A stretch of 64,000 nt of DNA from an uncultured Eubacteriales bacterium (GTDB lineage: Bacteria; Acidobacteriota; Aminicenantia; Aminicenantales; Saccharicenantaceae): contig CAZFZU010000001.1 of assembly GCA_964523615.1 (NCBI GenBank), forward strand, positions 27,063 to 91,062. The letters are read 5' to 3'. Position numbers and translations under genes: made by a program. The notes beneath the pieces are model-generated. The model ran no database searches and was not told the DNA's origin. It was given only the letters and a program-made list of their open reading frames with translations. Shown here in pieces: positions 1 to 7,794 of the stretch; the first letter of the stretch is position 1; every line of letters begins with the position of its first letter.

Positions 1-1130
1 GCCTGCTCAACAACTCCTACAACATGGGCCTGCGCAAGCTCCGTCCCCACGTCCCCGAGTACCCCGTGGGCACGCCCGACGAGGTGGCCAAGATGATCGG
101 CGAGTTCGTCCCCGTGGCCCGCGTCCTCCTGGGGATGAAGAAGCTCAAGATCTTCTCCTTCGGCCCCCGGCCGCAGGACTTCCTGGCCTGCAACGCGCCC
201 ATCAAGCCCCTCTACGACCTCGGCGTCGAGGTCATGGAGAACAGCGAGCTCGACCTCTACGACATCTTCCGCAAGGCCGAGGGCGACGCCAAGGTCAAGG
301 CCGTGGCCGCCGACATGGCCAAGGAGCTCGGGGCCGGCAACACCTACCCGGACATCCTCAACAAGCTGGCCCAGTTCGAGGTGGCCCTCCTCAAGTTCAT
401 GGAGGCCAACCTCGGGGCCTCGGCGTACGGCGTCTTCGCCGACAAGTGCTGGCCGGCCTTCGAGAGCTACTTCGGCTTCGTCCCCTGCTACGTCAATTCC
501 CGGCTGGCGGCCCGCGGCATCCCCGTCGCCTGCGAGGTCGACATCTACGGCGCCCTGAGCGAGTACATGTGCACCTGCGCCACGGAGCTGCCGGCGACCA
601 TCCTCGACATCAACAACACCGTCCCCTACGACATGATCGCCGGGGCCAAGAAGGCCCTCAAGGGCTACAAGCCGACCGACCTGTTCATGGGCTTCCACTG
701 CGGCAACACGCCGGCGCCCTGCCTGTTCGACCCGGCCATGCGCTACCAGCTCATCATGCACCGGCTCATGGAGCCCGGGAAGGACCCCAACATCACCCGC
801 GGCACGCTCGAGGGCCGGATCCGGACGGGCGGCGTGACCGTCTTCCGGCTCCAGTCGACGGCGGACACGGTCCTGCGGGCCTACGCGGCCGAAGGCGAGG
901 TCCTCGACATCGACCCGAAGTCGTTCGGCGGCATCGGCGTCATCGGCATCAAGGAGATGGGCCGGTTCTACCGCCACGTCCTCATCGAGAAGCGCTTCCC
1001 CCACCACACGGCCGTGGCCTTCGATCACGCCGGAAAGACGATGTGGTCGGTCCTGCGCGTCCTCGGGGTCGAGGACATCGGCTTCAACCGCCCTGCCGGG
1101 ATGCCCTACCCGACCGAGAACCCGTTCTGA
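1..1130 (+). CDS. L-fucose/L-arabinose isomerase family protein, C-terminal ~375 aa (5' end lies outside the window)
   Basis: The frame is open from nt 3 (LLNNSYN precedes the first ATG at 24), so the gene starts upstream. Codon usage is coherent for a high-GC genome. The C-terminal block EKRFPHHTAVAFDHAGK resembles sugar isomerases of the fucose/arabinose isomerase family as I remember them. The stop at 1128-1130 is followed directly by a hairpin. Confidence 0.6.
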   Translation, partial: LLNNSYNMGLRKLRPHVPEYPVGTPDEVAKMIGEFVPVARVLLGMKKLKIFSFGPRPQDFLACNAPIKPLYDLGVEVMENSELDLYDIFRKAEGDAKVKAVAADMAKELGAGNTYPDILNKLAQFEVALLKFMEANLGASAYGVFADKCWPAFESYFGFVPCYVNSRLAARGIPVACEVDIYGALSEYMCTCATELPATILDINNTVPYDMIAGAKKALKGYKPTDLFMGFHCGNTPAPCLFDPAMRYQLIMHRLMEPGKDPNITRGTLEGRIRTGGVTVFRLQSTADTVLRAYAAEGEVLDIDPKSFGGIGVIGIKEMGRFYRHVLIEKRFPHHTAVAFDHAGKTMWSVLRVLGVEDIGFNRPAGMPYPTENPF

Positions 1131-1207
1131 AAATGGGGGACATGATACCTATTTCCTATTTTTCTCATAACTGAAAATAGGGAAACGGGTATCACGTCCC
1201 CCATTTT
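1130..1207. terminator. Long imperfect AT-rich palindrome (~33-bp arms) between convergent genes; probable bidirectional terminator or REP/MITE-like element
   Basis: AAAATGGGGGACATGATACCTATTTCCTATTTT ... AAAATAGGGAAACGGGTATCACGTCCCCCATTTT are near reverse complements. The element starts at the isomerase stop codon. Confidence 0.7.
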
Positions 1208-1274
1208 CTAATTGCCGCGGCGCTGGGGTGCGGGCACATTTGCGTCGAAGAACTTCCGCGGCAGCTTCTCGTCC
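1208..1274 (-). pseudogene. Remnant of the M28 peptidase C-terminus (duplicate of the 3' end of the gene at 4025-5596)
   Basis: The minus-strand translation ends DEKLPRKFFDANVPAPQRRGN*. The intact peptidase ends RDEKLPRKFFDANVPAPARRGN*. Upstream of the 21-aa match the reading frame is nonsense. Confidence 0.8.
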
Positions 1275-1313
1275 AGCCGGCGGGGATCCTCGGGAGGTAA
1301 AAGCAGCCGGCGC

Positions 1314-2759
1314 CTAAGGCATTCCGGAACGGAAAATATTCGCCTCGACCCGGGTACAGGGAAACATCTCTTTGATGAAAAACATCCCGTCCAGGATCCG
1401 GGACCAATCCGTGGTCCTGGGTTTATATTTGAGAAATCGGCAGGACAGCGGCGACCGGAGCCAAGCGCCGTCGGCCGCGGGATTGCGGAAATCCAAAACG
1501 GCATAGTCGAAGCCGGCGGAGGAAAAGAGACCTTCCAAGCTGTTCGGCGCGGCCGGGGCCACTTCGAACGACGTGGGCATTCCGACCTCCGCCCACCGGC
1601 CTTGGAAGGAAGCGAAGCCCAACGAATACACCTCGCCGCCCATCGCCTTGTCCAGCCAGTCGCCCATGGGGACGAAGGGTTCGTCCGGAATCCCGATGAG
1701 ATCGTAGTGCCGGCTGATGTGCGACACCGCAGACCAAACGACGATCTTCCGCTCCGGATAGGCCCGTCGGGCCAGCCAGATGAGGTTGTCCCCCATTTGC
1801 CGGTCCCGTAGATTGAAGGCCCAGTCCATGATGGCTTTATCCCTCGATGCCACATTGATCCGCCAGCTCAACTTCAAGTACGAAGCGATGCTCTTCAAAC
1901 ATTGGATCCAGAAGTCCCGTTCGGCCGTCTCCGGCTCGCGGCCCGGGGGCGACGATGCGAGCGCCAGGCTGAGGTCCCGGACGGCGATCTCGAAGGCGGC
2001 TTGATCTTCGGGCCCGACATTCTTAAAATCGCTGCCGTTCCGGATGAAAGCCGGATCATTCACCACAAGCGCCAGGGTGTCCATCACCCGGGATACGGAG
2101 CTCTTGGCCGAGGGAGACAATCCGGCACCGGCCAAAAAATCGCTCAAATCCTTCTCGAGATGATCCTGGGAGGCGCTTCCCGTGAATTGCATGTCAAACC
2201 CGGCCAATTCCAGCGGAAGATCCGTTTTCGACGACTCCGCCAGGTAGCTCCACAGCGGGTTCGACTGGAGGCTGGCGCTCCAGGTCTCGGGAATGGCCGT
2301 AGATACGGCGGCCTGGGGATCCGCGCCGGCCCGCAGAGCCGACCAAGCCTTGCGGGTGTCGTAGAACCCGCTTTCGAACGCAAGGACGTCGAAGCCCATC
2401 CTTTGATGGAGAAACTTGATCAACCGGACCTTGGCCGCGAAGGTCGCCCCGTCGCCGTGGCTGCTCTCGCCCAGCATGACGATGCGCCGGCCGCCGATCA
2501 TCTGTCGAAGGGGCTCAAGATCGGAAAAATCGGCATCCTCGGACCTGATGGAACGAACCGGAAGAGCATGTTTTTTCAAATAATCGATCCGGGCTTCTCT
2601 CGTCGTCTCCTCCGCCGAAGCCGGCGCCGGCCCGAACCCGGCCCCGTTCATCGGGCCAAAGATCAGCAGCGCCAAGGAAACGGAAACCCCGCTGATTCGG
2701 GCAACGGCGAGCCGGGAATTTCGCTTCAGCTTCCGGCTCGGCGTTCTAACGGCGACCAT
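1314..2759 (-). CDS. Erythromycin esterase family (EreA/ChaN-like) protein, secreted
   Basis: 481-aa ORF with an N-terminal hydrophobic signal. The block RRIVMLGESSHGDGATF...VLAFESGFYD is typical of the erythromycin-esterase-like family. GC is visibly lower than the flanks (about 50% in the 60-nt lines I counted). Confidence 0.7.
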   Translation of the reverse strand: MVAVRTPSRKLKRNSRLAVARISGVSVSLALLIFGPMNGAGFGPAPASAEETTREARIDYLKKHALPVRSIRSEDADFSDLEPLRQMIGGRRIVMLGESSHGDGATFAAKVRLIKFLHQRMGFDVLAFESGFYDTRKAWSALRAGADPQAAVSTAIPETWSASLQSNPLWSYLAESSKTDLPLELAGFDMQFTGSASQDHLEKDLSDFLAGAGLSPSAKSSVSRVMDTLALVVNDPAFIRNGSDFKNVGPEDQAAFEIAVRDLSLALASSPPGREPETAERDFWIQCLKSIASYLKLSWRINVASRDKAIMDWAFNLRDRQMGDNLIWLARRAYPERKIVVWSAVSHISRHYDLIGIPDEPFVPMGDWLDKAMGGEVYSLGFASFQGRWAEVGMPTSFEVAPAAPNSLEGLFSSAGFDYAVLDFRNPAADGAWLRSPLSCRFLKYKPRTTDWSRILDGMFFIKEMFPCTRVEANIFRSGMP

Positions 2760-3786
2760 GAGGGCTCCTTGGTCCGAATGTTCCCTCGTAAACGCTGTTG
2801 TATTCCCGGAAGTCCTGATCGCAGCCGCCGATCACATAGATCCTGTCCCCCAGGACCGCGACTCCCGAGAACTGGATGGGTTTCGGCAGAGGACTGGCCA
2901 TCGCCCAGCGATCCCTGCGGACATCAAAAAAGCACACCTTGTCGCTGGCCATGGAAGATCCGAGCTCTTCCGTGAGCCCGCCGACGACGAAGATGTCCTC
3001 CCCGATGACCGCGATCCCGGGCCCGAGGATGGGAAATGGCAGGTCGGGCAAGGATTCCCAGGCCTTTGCCCCGGGATCATATCTTTGGAACGCCGCGGAG
3101 ATGGACCGGCCCTTATTCGGACCCAGGCCGCCGCCGATCGCGTACAGCTTCCCCCCGACGACGGCCACCTGGACTCCATCGCGGGCTTCCGGCAAGGGAC
3201 GTCCCATGGCCCAGCGATCCGCGGCGAGGTCGTAGATCTCTACGGTCGGGGTGAGGGCCACTCGTTCGGAACCATCCGGCGCGTCAGGGTCTTTACCCAT
3301 CCCCGATACGACGTAGATCTGATTCCCGATGAGACCGCCATCGATATGCTGACGCGGCAGGGACAACGGCGCCAAGCCTGCCCACCTGTCTTCGTCCGGC
3401 AGATAAAGATCGTTGTTGGGCAGGACCGGATCGCCCCCGACGGCGAAGATCTTGCGGTCCAGGGAGACCAGGGCGAAATTCGACCGGCCGACCGGGATCC
3501 TCGCTTTGGCCGTCCAGCTGTCTTTTTCCGGATCGTATTCGTAGTTCGAGGATTCGCACCACTCCTTCGTCGCCGGGCAGTATCCGCCCATGAAATAGAT
3601 CTTTCCGCCTGACGAGACGGCCTTTCCGTTGCGATGGGGCAGGGGCAGATCCGCCTTCGCGGTCCATCGGATGGCGCGGACGCCGCCCCTCTCGGGCTCG
3701 CTTTGGGCGCCCGTCGTGCTGAAAGCGCTCACGAAGATGGACCCGAGAACGAAGGGAAGAACGAATGTCCGGGCCTTAAGCGACAT
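2746..3786 (-). CDS. Kelch-repeat beta-propeller protein, secreted
   Basis: Repeated units GGKIYFMGG, KIFAVGG, NQIYVVSG, GGKLYAIGG, EDIFVVGG and DRIYVIGG each carry W/DxW spacing. The signal peptide is MSLKARTFVLPFVLGSIFVSAFS. I place the start at the second ATG (3786). The gene overlaps the esterase start by 14 nt. Confidence 0.75.
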   Translation of the reverse strand: MSLKARTFVLPFVLGSIFVSAFSTTGAQSEPERGGVRAIRWTAKADLPLPHRNGKAVSSGGKIYFMGGYCPATKEWCESSNYEYDPEKDSWTAKARIPVGRSNFALVSLDRKIFAVGGDPVLPNNDLYLPDEDRWAGLAPLSLPRQHIDGGLIGNQIYVVSGMGKDPDAPDGSERVALTPTVEIYDLAADRWAMGRPLPEARDGVQVAVVGGKLYAIGGGLGPNKGRSISAAFQRYDPGAKAWESLPDLPFPILGPGIAVIGEDIFVVGGLTEELGSSMASDKVCFFDVRRDRWAMASPLPKPIQFSGVAVLGDRIYVIGGCDQDFREYNSVYEGTFGPRSPHGRR

Positions 3787-3910
3787 CCTATCTCCTCGGA
3801 AGCCGGGATCCATATATGATTACGCCCGGATGGCCCCGCACGTTGGGAGTAATTAATAGAATTTCCCTGGCTGGCGGCGGAACGGGGAGGTTCCCCTATA
3901 GGGCGGATCG

Positions 3911-4091
3911 ACCCGACCGAGAACCCGTTCTAGAAATGGGGGACATGATACCTATTTCCTATTTTTCCCATAACAGAAAATAGGGAAACGGGTATCACGT
4001 CCCCCATTTTCCGTCCCCCTTTTTCTAGTTGCCGCGGCGCGCGGGCGCCGGCACATTCGCGTCGAAGAACTTCCGCGGCAGCTTCTCGTCC
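3911..4091. repeat. Direct repeat copy B (~181 bp): remnant of the isomerase 3' end (PTENPF*), palindrome, and the genuine M28 peptidase 3' end
   Basis: See copy A. This copy includes cgaccgagaacccgttctag, a copy of the last codons of the isomerase gene 2.8 kb away. Confidence 0.9.
3933..4010. terminator. Second copy of the AT-rich palindrome
   Basis: GAAATGGGGGACATGATACCTATTTCCTATTTTTCCCATAACAGAAAATAGGGAAACGGGTATCACGTCCCCCATTTT is nearly identical to 1130-1207. Confidence 0.7.
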
Positions 4092-5596
4092 CGCATCGCG
4101 GCGTTGTAGACGAACCAGGCCATGACCGTCGCCGACTGGATGAGGTCCGGCCTCGAGACGTGGTCGAGGACGTCCATGTTCGAGTGGTGCGTCAGCGTGT
4201 CGTACTCGAGGTCGTCCTGGATGAACTGGAAGCCGGGCAGGCCGACCGCGTCGAACGGCAGGTGGTCGGTCCCGCCGGTGTTGCGGAGCGTCACCGTGGC
4301 CGCCCCCAGATCGCGGATGGGCTCGAGCCAGGCCTGGAAAATGGGCACGACGGCGCTGTTGTTCTGGGCGTAGATGCCTCGGATCTTGCCGCTGCCGTTG
4401 TCGAAATTGAAATAGGCCGAGAGCTTGTCGTACTCGGGCTTCTTCTCCTTCTTGGTCCGGTCGAAGAAGTGGTTGGCGACGTAGCCGCGCGAGCCGACGA
4501 AGCCCTGCTCCTCGGCGTCCCAGAGGGCCATGCGGATGGTCCGGCGGGGCTTGACGCCGAGGGCCTTCAGGATGCGCATGGCCTCGAAGGCGACCGCGCT
4601 GCCGGCCCCGTCGTCCGTGGCCCCGGTGCCCGAATGCCAGGTGTCGAAGTGGCCACCGAGCATGACCAGCTCGGACTTGAGCTTGGGATCGGTGCCCGGG
4701 ATCTCGGCGACGACGTTGGTGCCCGGCAGGTCGTCGGCCGTAAAGCGGGCCTGGACCTCGATCTCGAGGGTCACCGGGATGTCCTTCTGCAGGATGCGGA
4801 CGATGCGGTTGTAGTGCTCGTTGGCGACGGCGATCGAAGGCAGGGGCGTCTCGGCCCCCTTGACCCTCGACCCGCCGCTCGAGACGAAGACCGTGCCGAA
4901 CTTGCCGCGGCCCGGATCGACGAGGCAGCCGACGCCCTCGGCCTTGAGGAACTTGCCGACGGCCATCTGGAGCTGCTGGCGGGCGGCCGCGTCCTGCATC
5001 TGGGGGTTCTGCGGCCGGCGGGCGCCCGGCTCGGGCGCGAGCACGAGCTTCGCCAGGTCGGTCTCGAGCAGGCGCGAGGCCATCGGGTCGAAGGAGATCG
5101 TCATATCCTGCTCGCCCTGGGTCAGGACGATGGCGTCCTTGAGCTTGCCCTTGTACTTGTCGAGGTCGGCCACCGTCTTGGGCTGGAGGAGGACGGCCTG
5201 GCCCTTGAGGACCCCGTTCGTCCCGGGCGTCCAGGCCTTGGGATAGCCGATGAGCGGCATGTATTGCGGCGCGGTCATGGCAGCGTAGTACTTCTGGAGC
5301 TCCCAGCTGCGGCCGAACGTGCCGTAGGCCTCCAGGGCCGCGTTGGCCAGGCCGAGCTCCTTGGCCTTGCCGACGACCCACTCGCCGGCCTGGACGTACT
5401 GCGGCGAGGCCGGCAGCCGCGGCGCATAGACGTCGCAGAGGTAGATGAGGAAGTCGACGATCTTCGAGTTCTGCAAGCCCTCGGCCCGGATGCGGTCGAG
5501 CATCTGCAGGTCGAGCTTCTCCTGGGCGCTCCCCTCGAGCGCGGCGAAGACGAGAAGCAGGGCCAGGACGAGCGTGCGAACGAGCGGTCTTTTCAT
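4025..5596 (-). CDS. M28 family metallo-aminopeptidase (with PA-like insert), secreted
   Basis: 523 aa with signal MKRPLVRTLVLALLLVFAALEGSAQ. Zinc-site blocks are GGHFDTWHSGTGATDDGAGSA and ALWDAEEQGFVGSRGY. Confidence 0.85.
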   Translation of the reverse strand: MKRPLVRTLVLALLLVFAALEGSAQEKLDLQMLDRIRAEGLQNSKIVDFLIYLCDVYAPRLPASPQYVQAGEWVVGKAKELGLANAALEAYGTFGRSWELQKYYAAMTAPQYMPLIGYPKAWTPGTNGVLKGQAVLLQPKTVADLDKYKGKLKDAIVLTQGEQDMTISFDPMASRLLETDLAKLVLAPEPGARRPQNPQMQDAAARQQLQMAVGKFLKAEGVGCLVDPGRGKFGTVFVSSGGSRVKGAETPLPSIAVANEHYNRIVRILQKDIPVTLEIEVQARFTADDLPGTNVVAEIPGTDPKLKSELVMLGGHFDTWHSGTGATDDGAGSAVAFEAMRILKALGVKPRRTIRMALWDAEEQGFVGSRGYVANHFFDRTKKEKKPEYDKLSAYFNFDNGSGKIRGIYAQNNSAVVPIFQAWLEPIRDLGAATVTLRNTGGTDHLPFDAVGLPGFQFIQDDLEYDTLTHHSNMDVLDHVSRPDLIQSATVMAWFVYNAAMRDEKLPRKFFDANVPAPARRGN

Positions 5597-5723
5597 GATC
5601 TCTTCCTCCGGGACGACGTCTCCCGGGGACTATACGCCTCGGGCGGGAACGATGTCAAAGCGCCCGGCGGCCGCGGCGGCGGGGCTTCCCGAATCGGCCG
5701 GCCTGCCTTATAATACAGGGGCC

Positions 5724-6758
5724 GTGAAAGCCGCATTCCTGACCGGAGTCCGGGCCATCGAGATCCGGGAGGCCCCCGCGCCGCGCCTCGTCCGCGACGA
5801 CGACGTCATCGTCAAGAGCCAAGCCGTCGGCGTCTGCGGCAGCGACCTCCATTACTACCTGTCCGACAGCGTCGGCAGCGACAAGGTCAAGTACCCCTTC
5901 ATCCCCGGGCACGAGTGCGCCGGCGTCGTGGCCGAGACGGGCCGGGCCGTCAAGAAGGTCAAAGCGGGCGACCTGGTCGTGGTCGAGCCGGCCGTCTCCT
6001 GCGGCGTCTGCGACCAGTGCCGCGCCGGCCGGCCCCACACCTGCCGCTGGCTCCTGTTCCTCGGGCACGCCGGCGAGCTGACCGGGGGCATGGCCGAGTT
6101 CGTCATGGCCCCCGAGCGCAACTGCGTCCCCCTGCCGGGCCGGATGACGGCTGTCCAGGGCGCCCTGGCCGAGCCGCTGTCCATCGGCCTTTACGCCGCC
6201 GGGCAGGCCGGTTCGGTCCGGGGCAAGGCCGTCGCCGTCCTGGGGACCGGGCCCATCGGCCTGTGCGTCCTGATGGCCCTGCGGACGGAAGGCGCGGCGG
6301 CCATCTACGCCACCGAGAAGGTCGAGGCCCGGGAGCGGGCGGCCATGCCGGCCGGGGCCCAGTGGACGGGCAACCCCGACCGCGAGGACGTCGTCGGCTC
6401 CATCCTGGCCCACGAGTCGCAGGGCCTCGACGCCGTTTTCGAGTGCTGCGGCGAGCAGTCCGCGCTCGACCAGGCCGTGGCCCTGCTCAAGCCGGGAGGG
6501 ACCCTGGTCGTCGTCGGCATCCCCCTCGCGGCCCGCGTCTCCTTCGACAGCTCCAAGGTCCGCCGCAAGGAGATCCGGGTCCAGAACGTCCGGCGCCAGA
6601 ACCGCTGCCTGGAGAAGGCCGTGGCCCTGATCCACTCGGGCAAGGTCAAGGTCGATTACCTGGCCACGCACTTCTTCGGCCTGGAGCTGGCCCGGGAGGC
6701 CTACGAGACCGCCGCGGCCCGGAAGAACGGCGTCATCAAGGCCGTCGTCACGCCCTGA
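5724..6758 (+). CDS. Zinc-dependent alcohol/polyol dehydrogenase (MDR family, sorbitol/threonine dehydrogenase-like)
   Basis: GVCGSDLHYY, PFIPGHECAGVV, the CGVCDQCRAGRPHTC structural-zinc motif and the GTGPIGL Rossmann motif are present. The start is taken as GTG 5724 (VKAAFL...). An in-frame ATG at 5652 is an alternative. Confidence 0.85.
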   Translation: MKAAFLTGVRAIEIREAPAPRLVRDDDVIVKSQAVGVCGSDLHYYLSDSVGSDKVKYPFIPGHECAGVVAETGRAVKKVKAGDLVVVEPAVSCGVCDQCRAGRPHTCRWLLFLGHAGELTGGMAEFVMAPERNCVPLPGRMTAVQGALAEPLSIGLYAAGQAGSVRGKAVAVLGTGPIGLCVLMALRTEGAAAIYATEKVEARERAAMPAGAQWTGNPDREDVVGSILAHESQGLDAVFECCGEQSALDQAVALLKPGGTLVVVGIPLAARVSFDSSKVRRKEIRVQNVRRQNRCLEKAVALIHSGKVKVDYLATHFFGLELAREAYETAAARKNGVIKAVVTP

Positions 6759-6763
6759 CCGGC

Positions 6764-6798
6764 GGGGACATGTACCGAAGGTACGTGCCCCCTCTTTT
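6764..6798 (+). terminator. Rho-independent terminator downstream of the dehydrogenase
   Basis: GGGGACATGTACC-gaa-GGTACGTGCCCC is followed by CTCTTTTCC. It shares the GGGGACATG core with the larger palindromes. Confidence 0.6.
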
Positions 6799-6819
6799 CC
6801 AGACGCGAAGGAGGCCCAT

Positions 6820-7776
6820 ATGAATACGCGCCAGGAAGACGATTTCGGCACCCCCTTCGAGCGCGTCTTCGTCGGCGCTACCGCCGTCGCGACCGCGCTC
6901 GTCCTGGGCTACCTCGCCGTCCAAGGCCCGCTCGCCCGCGGCGTCATCGCCTACAAGACCGCGCCGGGCATCGTCGGCCAGCTCATGGGCCAGGACGCGG
7001 TCAACCTGGTCCTGATGGCGCCCCTGTTGCTCGCCGGAGGCGTTCTCCTCTTGCTCCGCCGGCCCCTCGCGAAGTTTCTGCTCATCGCTACGCCGCTTTT
7101 CCTCATCTACTACGCCCTGAGCTACACCATCGGCTGGGAGTGGAGCTCGCCGGCCTACGCGGGCAACAGCGAGCGCTGGTTCTTCCTCTACCTCTTCGTC
7201 CTCGTCGCGGCCCTCGTCATCCTGCTCTACGCCCTGGCGGTCTTCCCCAAGGACGTCGAGAGCCGGTTCCGTAAGAGCGGGCTGGCGGCCTATTCCGCCG
7301 TGTTCGTCCTGTTCCTGCTCGTCTTCGCGGCCATGTGGGCCAAGGAGGTCTTCGAGGTCGTCCGGACCGGCACCAGCCGCGGTTACGACATCGCCCCGGC
7401 CGCCTTCTGGCTGGTCCGGGTCTTCGACCTCGGCTTCTCGATCCCCCTGGGCCTCATCAGCGTCTACCTCCTGTGGGCCCGGCCGAAGCAGGCCTACGCC
7501 GTCGTCTGCCTGTTCTACGGCTTCTTCTTCACCCAGATCGTGGCCGTCAACGCCATGGGCTGGACCATGCTCGTCAAGAAAGACCCGACCTTCCTCTGGC
7601 GCGACCTCGTCGTCTTCCATGTCCTGGCCGCGGTCATCGCCTTCGGCTTCTTCTACGTTCGGAGGAATTACCGCCAACCGGTCCTGACGCCCGAGGAGGA
7701 AGCAAACCCCGCCAAGATCCTCGCCGAGGACGAGTTCGTTGCCCTGGAGCAGGCGAAAAAGTCGCTCGATCGCTAA
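6820..7776 (+). CDS. Integral membrane protein of unknown function (~8 predicted TM segments)
   Basis: 318 aa with an AGGAGG RBS 6-11 nt upstream of the ATG. It has repeated long hydrophobic stretches. I recognise no family. Confidence 0.7.
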   Translation: MNTRQEDDFGTPFERVFVGATAVATALVLGYLAVQGPLARGVIAYKTAPGIVGQLMGQDAVNLVLMAPLLLAGGVLLLLRRPLAKFLLIATPLFLIYYALSYTIGWEWSSPAYAGNSERWFFLYLFVLVAALVILLYALAVFPKDVESRFRKSGLAAYSAVFVLFLLVFAAMWAKEVFEVVRTGTSRGYDIAPAAFWLVRVFDLGFSIPLGLISVYLLWARPKQAYAVVCLFYGFFFTQIVAVNAMGWTMLVKKDPTFLWRDLVVFHVLAAVIAFGFFYVRRNYRQPVLTPEEEANPAKILAEDEFVALEQAKKSLDR

Positions 7777-7794
7777 TCGCCTTATCTCCGGACT

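Larger units (their letters stand above)
1108..1274. repeat. Direct repeat copy A (~167 bp): genuine isomerase 3' end, AT-rich palindrome, and a remnant of the M28 peptidase 3' end
   Basis: By-eye alignment to 3911-4091 shows only a few substitutions and one ~14-nt indel. Shared strings include acccgaccgagaacccgttct, atgggggacatgatacctatttcctattttt, aaaatagggaaacgggtatcacgtcccccattttc and gtcgaagaacttccgcggcagcttctcgtcc. Confidence 0.9.

Noticed and set aside
1130-4010. Integron attC sites or gene-cassette structure for the palindromes flanking the esterase/Kelch cassette.
   Set aside because: No intI integrase or attI site is in the window. The palindromes lack GTTRRRY-type core sites at their ends. 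The duplicated segment extends well beyond the hairpin into both neighbouring coding regions, which integron recombination would not produce.
4160-5713. Many very long ORFs antisense to or overlapping the called genes. Examples are 4160-5713+, 3930-5381-, 5655-6851-, 12032-14206+, 15293-16480+, 16435-18006+, 18740-20011+, 22353-24308+, 24933-27665+, 35071-37620+, 41850-45005+, 51054-53618+ and 58376-59776-.
   Set aside because: These are typical shadow ORFs of a ~68% GC genome. Their translations are monotonous Arg/Gly/Pro/Ala/Asp/Glu/His strings without motifs. In every case another frame or strand encodes a protein with clear family signatures and third-position GC bias.
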